A stretch of 63,061 nucleotides of DNA, the filler included, from Globobulimina sp. (Eukaryota): assembly GCA_003354225.1 (NCBI GenBank). It is 21 parts of 21 records of this genome, joined end to end, with 100 filler letters (N's around TTAATTAATTAA, not from the genome) between each part and the next. Parts side by side here need not be neighbours in the genome. Positions count along the whole stretch, not along the records: positions 60,157 to 63,061 come from PIVH01004416.1; 20 more parts are not named here. One strand, written 5' to 3'. Numbering within the stretch: position 1 is the stretch's first letter; each line of letters opens with the position of its first letter. The translations under genes were made by a program, and so were the position numbers. The notes beneath the pieces were generated by a model that worked only from the letters and a program-made list of their open reading frames with translations, had not been told where the DNA came from and ran no database searches. Shown piece by piece: positions 60,935-63,061 of the stretch.

Positions 60935-61083
60935 TTGAATGTATTTTATATATTTAAATAAGCATGTAAAATTGTTAGATGTTTGTTTTCAGGCATATTT
61001 ACTGCCTAAGGTTTTTTCTCCTCAGTGCACGTGCATAAATGCTATTTTACGCTATGCAATTTATCCACGACCCTGAAATTATA

Positions 61084-63061
61084 TTATCCAATTTGTGAGA
61101 TACAAAAGTTTGAAATTTTTTGCTTATTATCAAGCTTGAATTTAAGCAATAATGAGCTATATATGGCAGCGAATTTATAGAATGTGTAATACAGACTAGG
61201 TTTACTGTATCCATTATTTAATAATGTATGTACTAACTGTCCTATTCTTGGGGCAAAATCATTAAAGTTATTACAGATTCTGGCAATCCTGATTAATTGA
61301 GTATAGAATACTTTGTATCCCATTGCTGTATGTACATTACTCTGGGCAAAACCATATCTGACCACAAAAAAGTTGAAATCGTCTGTTTTATTGTAGACTG
61401 CTATTCTGTGCTTACCCGGACATATGTTGACCATGATGTCCAGGAAACAACTTTCATATTTTGATTTTCCTGTGTTTTCAAGTGGTAGACAGCTCGGGTA
61501 TATTAATTTTGCATATTCTAAAAAATTTTCAGAATTTATGGAAAGTATATCATCTATGTATCGCATTGTGTGACTAATTGTTCTAGCTATGTTTATGTTA
61601 TTAATATTGGTGAGAAACTCGTATTCCAACATACTCAATACAAGATCTGCAATTAGAGGACTAGCATTACCACCCATGGGTATGCCACATATTTGTTTGA
61701 AGATAAAACCAGCAAACTTAACATATGTCTCATTTATTATGTTGTCTATTAAAATTTTGGTCTCATCTTTATCCAAGCATGCTACATATTTACCTTTAGC
61801 TTGGTCAGCATAATAAACATTATTATATGTAACAACAACATATCTTTTGTTGGCATGTCCAAATAACATATCTATTAGTTTGAAAAGTTGCTTTTTAATA
61901 ATTTCATGTGGGAACATTGTATATAATGAACTGAAATCCGCAGTGCAAATGCTGTGTAAATTATTAGATTGTATTTTATGTTCTATACGTCTATGTGCCT
62001 CCAGACTCCCTTTAATTGACCAGTAACAATTATATCCTTTTCTTTTACTAACTGTGCTACAATATTTTTCAAAATGTTGTTGAAAATGGATTAAAATTCT
62101 ATGCAATATTTTTGACATTGGTTTAGTTGATGAATTACGCGCCCCCGCAATAAAGCGAAATTTATATGGGTTTTTGTGAAGTTTGGGTGTTGCAAATATA
62201 ACTGGCAAATTTTCATCTTCACTGTCAAATTTAATCAGTCCAGTTTGTGCGGTGAGGGTTTTATGTTTATCAATAAGTGTAGTTTCGTTAATAATACATG
62301 GTTTATAAACATCATTGCCAGTGACAGTACATAACCCATTGGAATCCATACTTACACCAAGTTCTTTACACATAATTTCCATGTAGTATTTTTTACATAT
62401 AAAAATGAAATTGTTGCTTGCTTTGTCAGCAGGTGCAATAATGAATTCTTTCTGGATATGTTGTAGCACCCTCATACTTGCTTTATCAGATAAACATGAC
62501 ATCTTCTCTGTATTTGGTATATTGACTGATAAAAATCTTATTCTGTTATCCACAATTTTTGAATATAAACTTTGATAATCTTTTAGCATATCAGAGATAT
62601 CAACATGTCTTCGGATTCTTGAGAAAGTTTTGTTGACATATTCTGTGGCTGCTACCATTGCTACTTCTCTAACTTCATTCCAGTCAAATGCTTTAGGTTC
62701 CCGAAACTTGGCACCCTTTCCAAAAAGATTTCTAAGTTTTGCATCTTTAATAATATTTAGATCACCAGTGATAACATGACCACAATGTCCATAGACAAAT
62801 CGTGAGGTTGAACATTCACATTGTTTATAAACTATATTATACAATTCATTACTCTGCAATTTGTTAAGTGTTTTATTGTAATTAAACAATTTACGACTAA
62901 TCGGAGGTTCATATTTATAAGTGATAATGGGTAACTCAGGTTTTTTATTATCAATAGAAACTATTTTTTGTAACCTTCTGTCTTTAAAAATGGTTTCAAG
63001 TTTAAGTAATTCAATACCCTTGTTTGGATATCCAGCCACAACAATGATACCCTTACGTTTG
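61084..63061 (-). mobile_element. Penelope-like retroelement, Naiad/Chlamys type (CxC linker + C-terminal RT); 5' truncated
   Basis: CEC..S.F.Y..CGHVITGDL linker, PADKA, PKLHK.P..FRFI, DFSSLYT, GIPMG...SPLIADL, RYIDD, FLD; ORF ends after the thumb with no C-terminal GIY-YIG. Confidence 0.88.

Noticed and set aside
61084-63039. Telomerase, group II intron, retron RT or a selenoprotein Naiad
   Set aside because: CxC linker and RT motifs fit Penelope-like elements; no in-frame TGA in the visible ORF.

Overview
This window is not one locus. It is 21 unrelated, length-sorted contigs of about 2.9 kb joined by artificial 100-nt spacers (N44-TTAATTAATTAA-N44), so gene neighbourhood across spacers means nothing. 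The DNA is AT-rich and eukaryotic, uses the standard code and has short GT-AG introns. The gene families (SPRY-SAM, PT-repeat membrane proteins, 7TM-RGS, the SFNIGFIFYYW/LYTDF family) look foraminiferan or rhizarian, which is an inference. Recognisable genes: CD36/SR-B, TreT-like GT4, ALG8, Pierce1/2-like, RING, amidohydrolase, 7TM-RGS, a rhodanese-DUSP with CaaX, GH2 exo-beta-glucosaminidase, CPSF1, kinesin-8, RCC1-repeat, SMC3, ATG2, F-BAR, an S1-domain protein and a PI3K pseudokinase, plus several MITEs. Highlights: (1) a Naiad-type Penelope-like retroelement whose sense-strand 3' region holds a complete hammerhead core in a non-canonical, kissing-loop strand order, and an array of UUCG-type hairpins; (2) three contigs that look like circularised 2.3-2.9 kb genomic fragments, one shown by an inside-out transposon with an 8-bp TSD; (3) two introns built from the same repeat; (4) a MITE with a 12-bp TSD. 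All calls come from reading motifs by eye; no searches were run.
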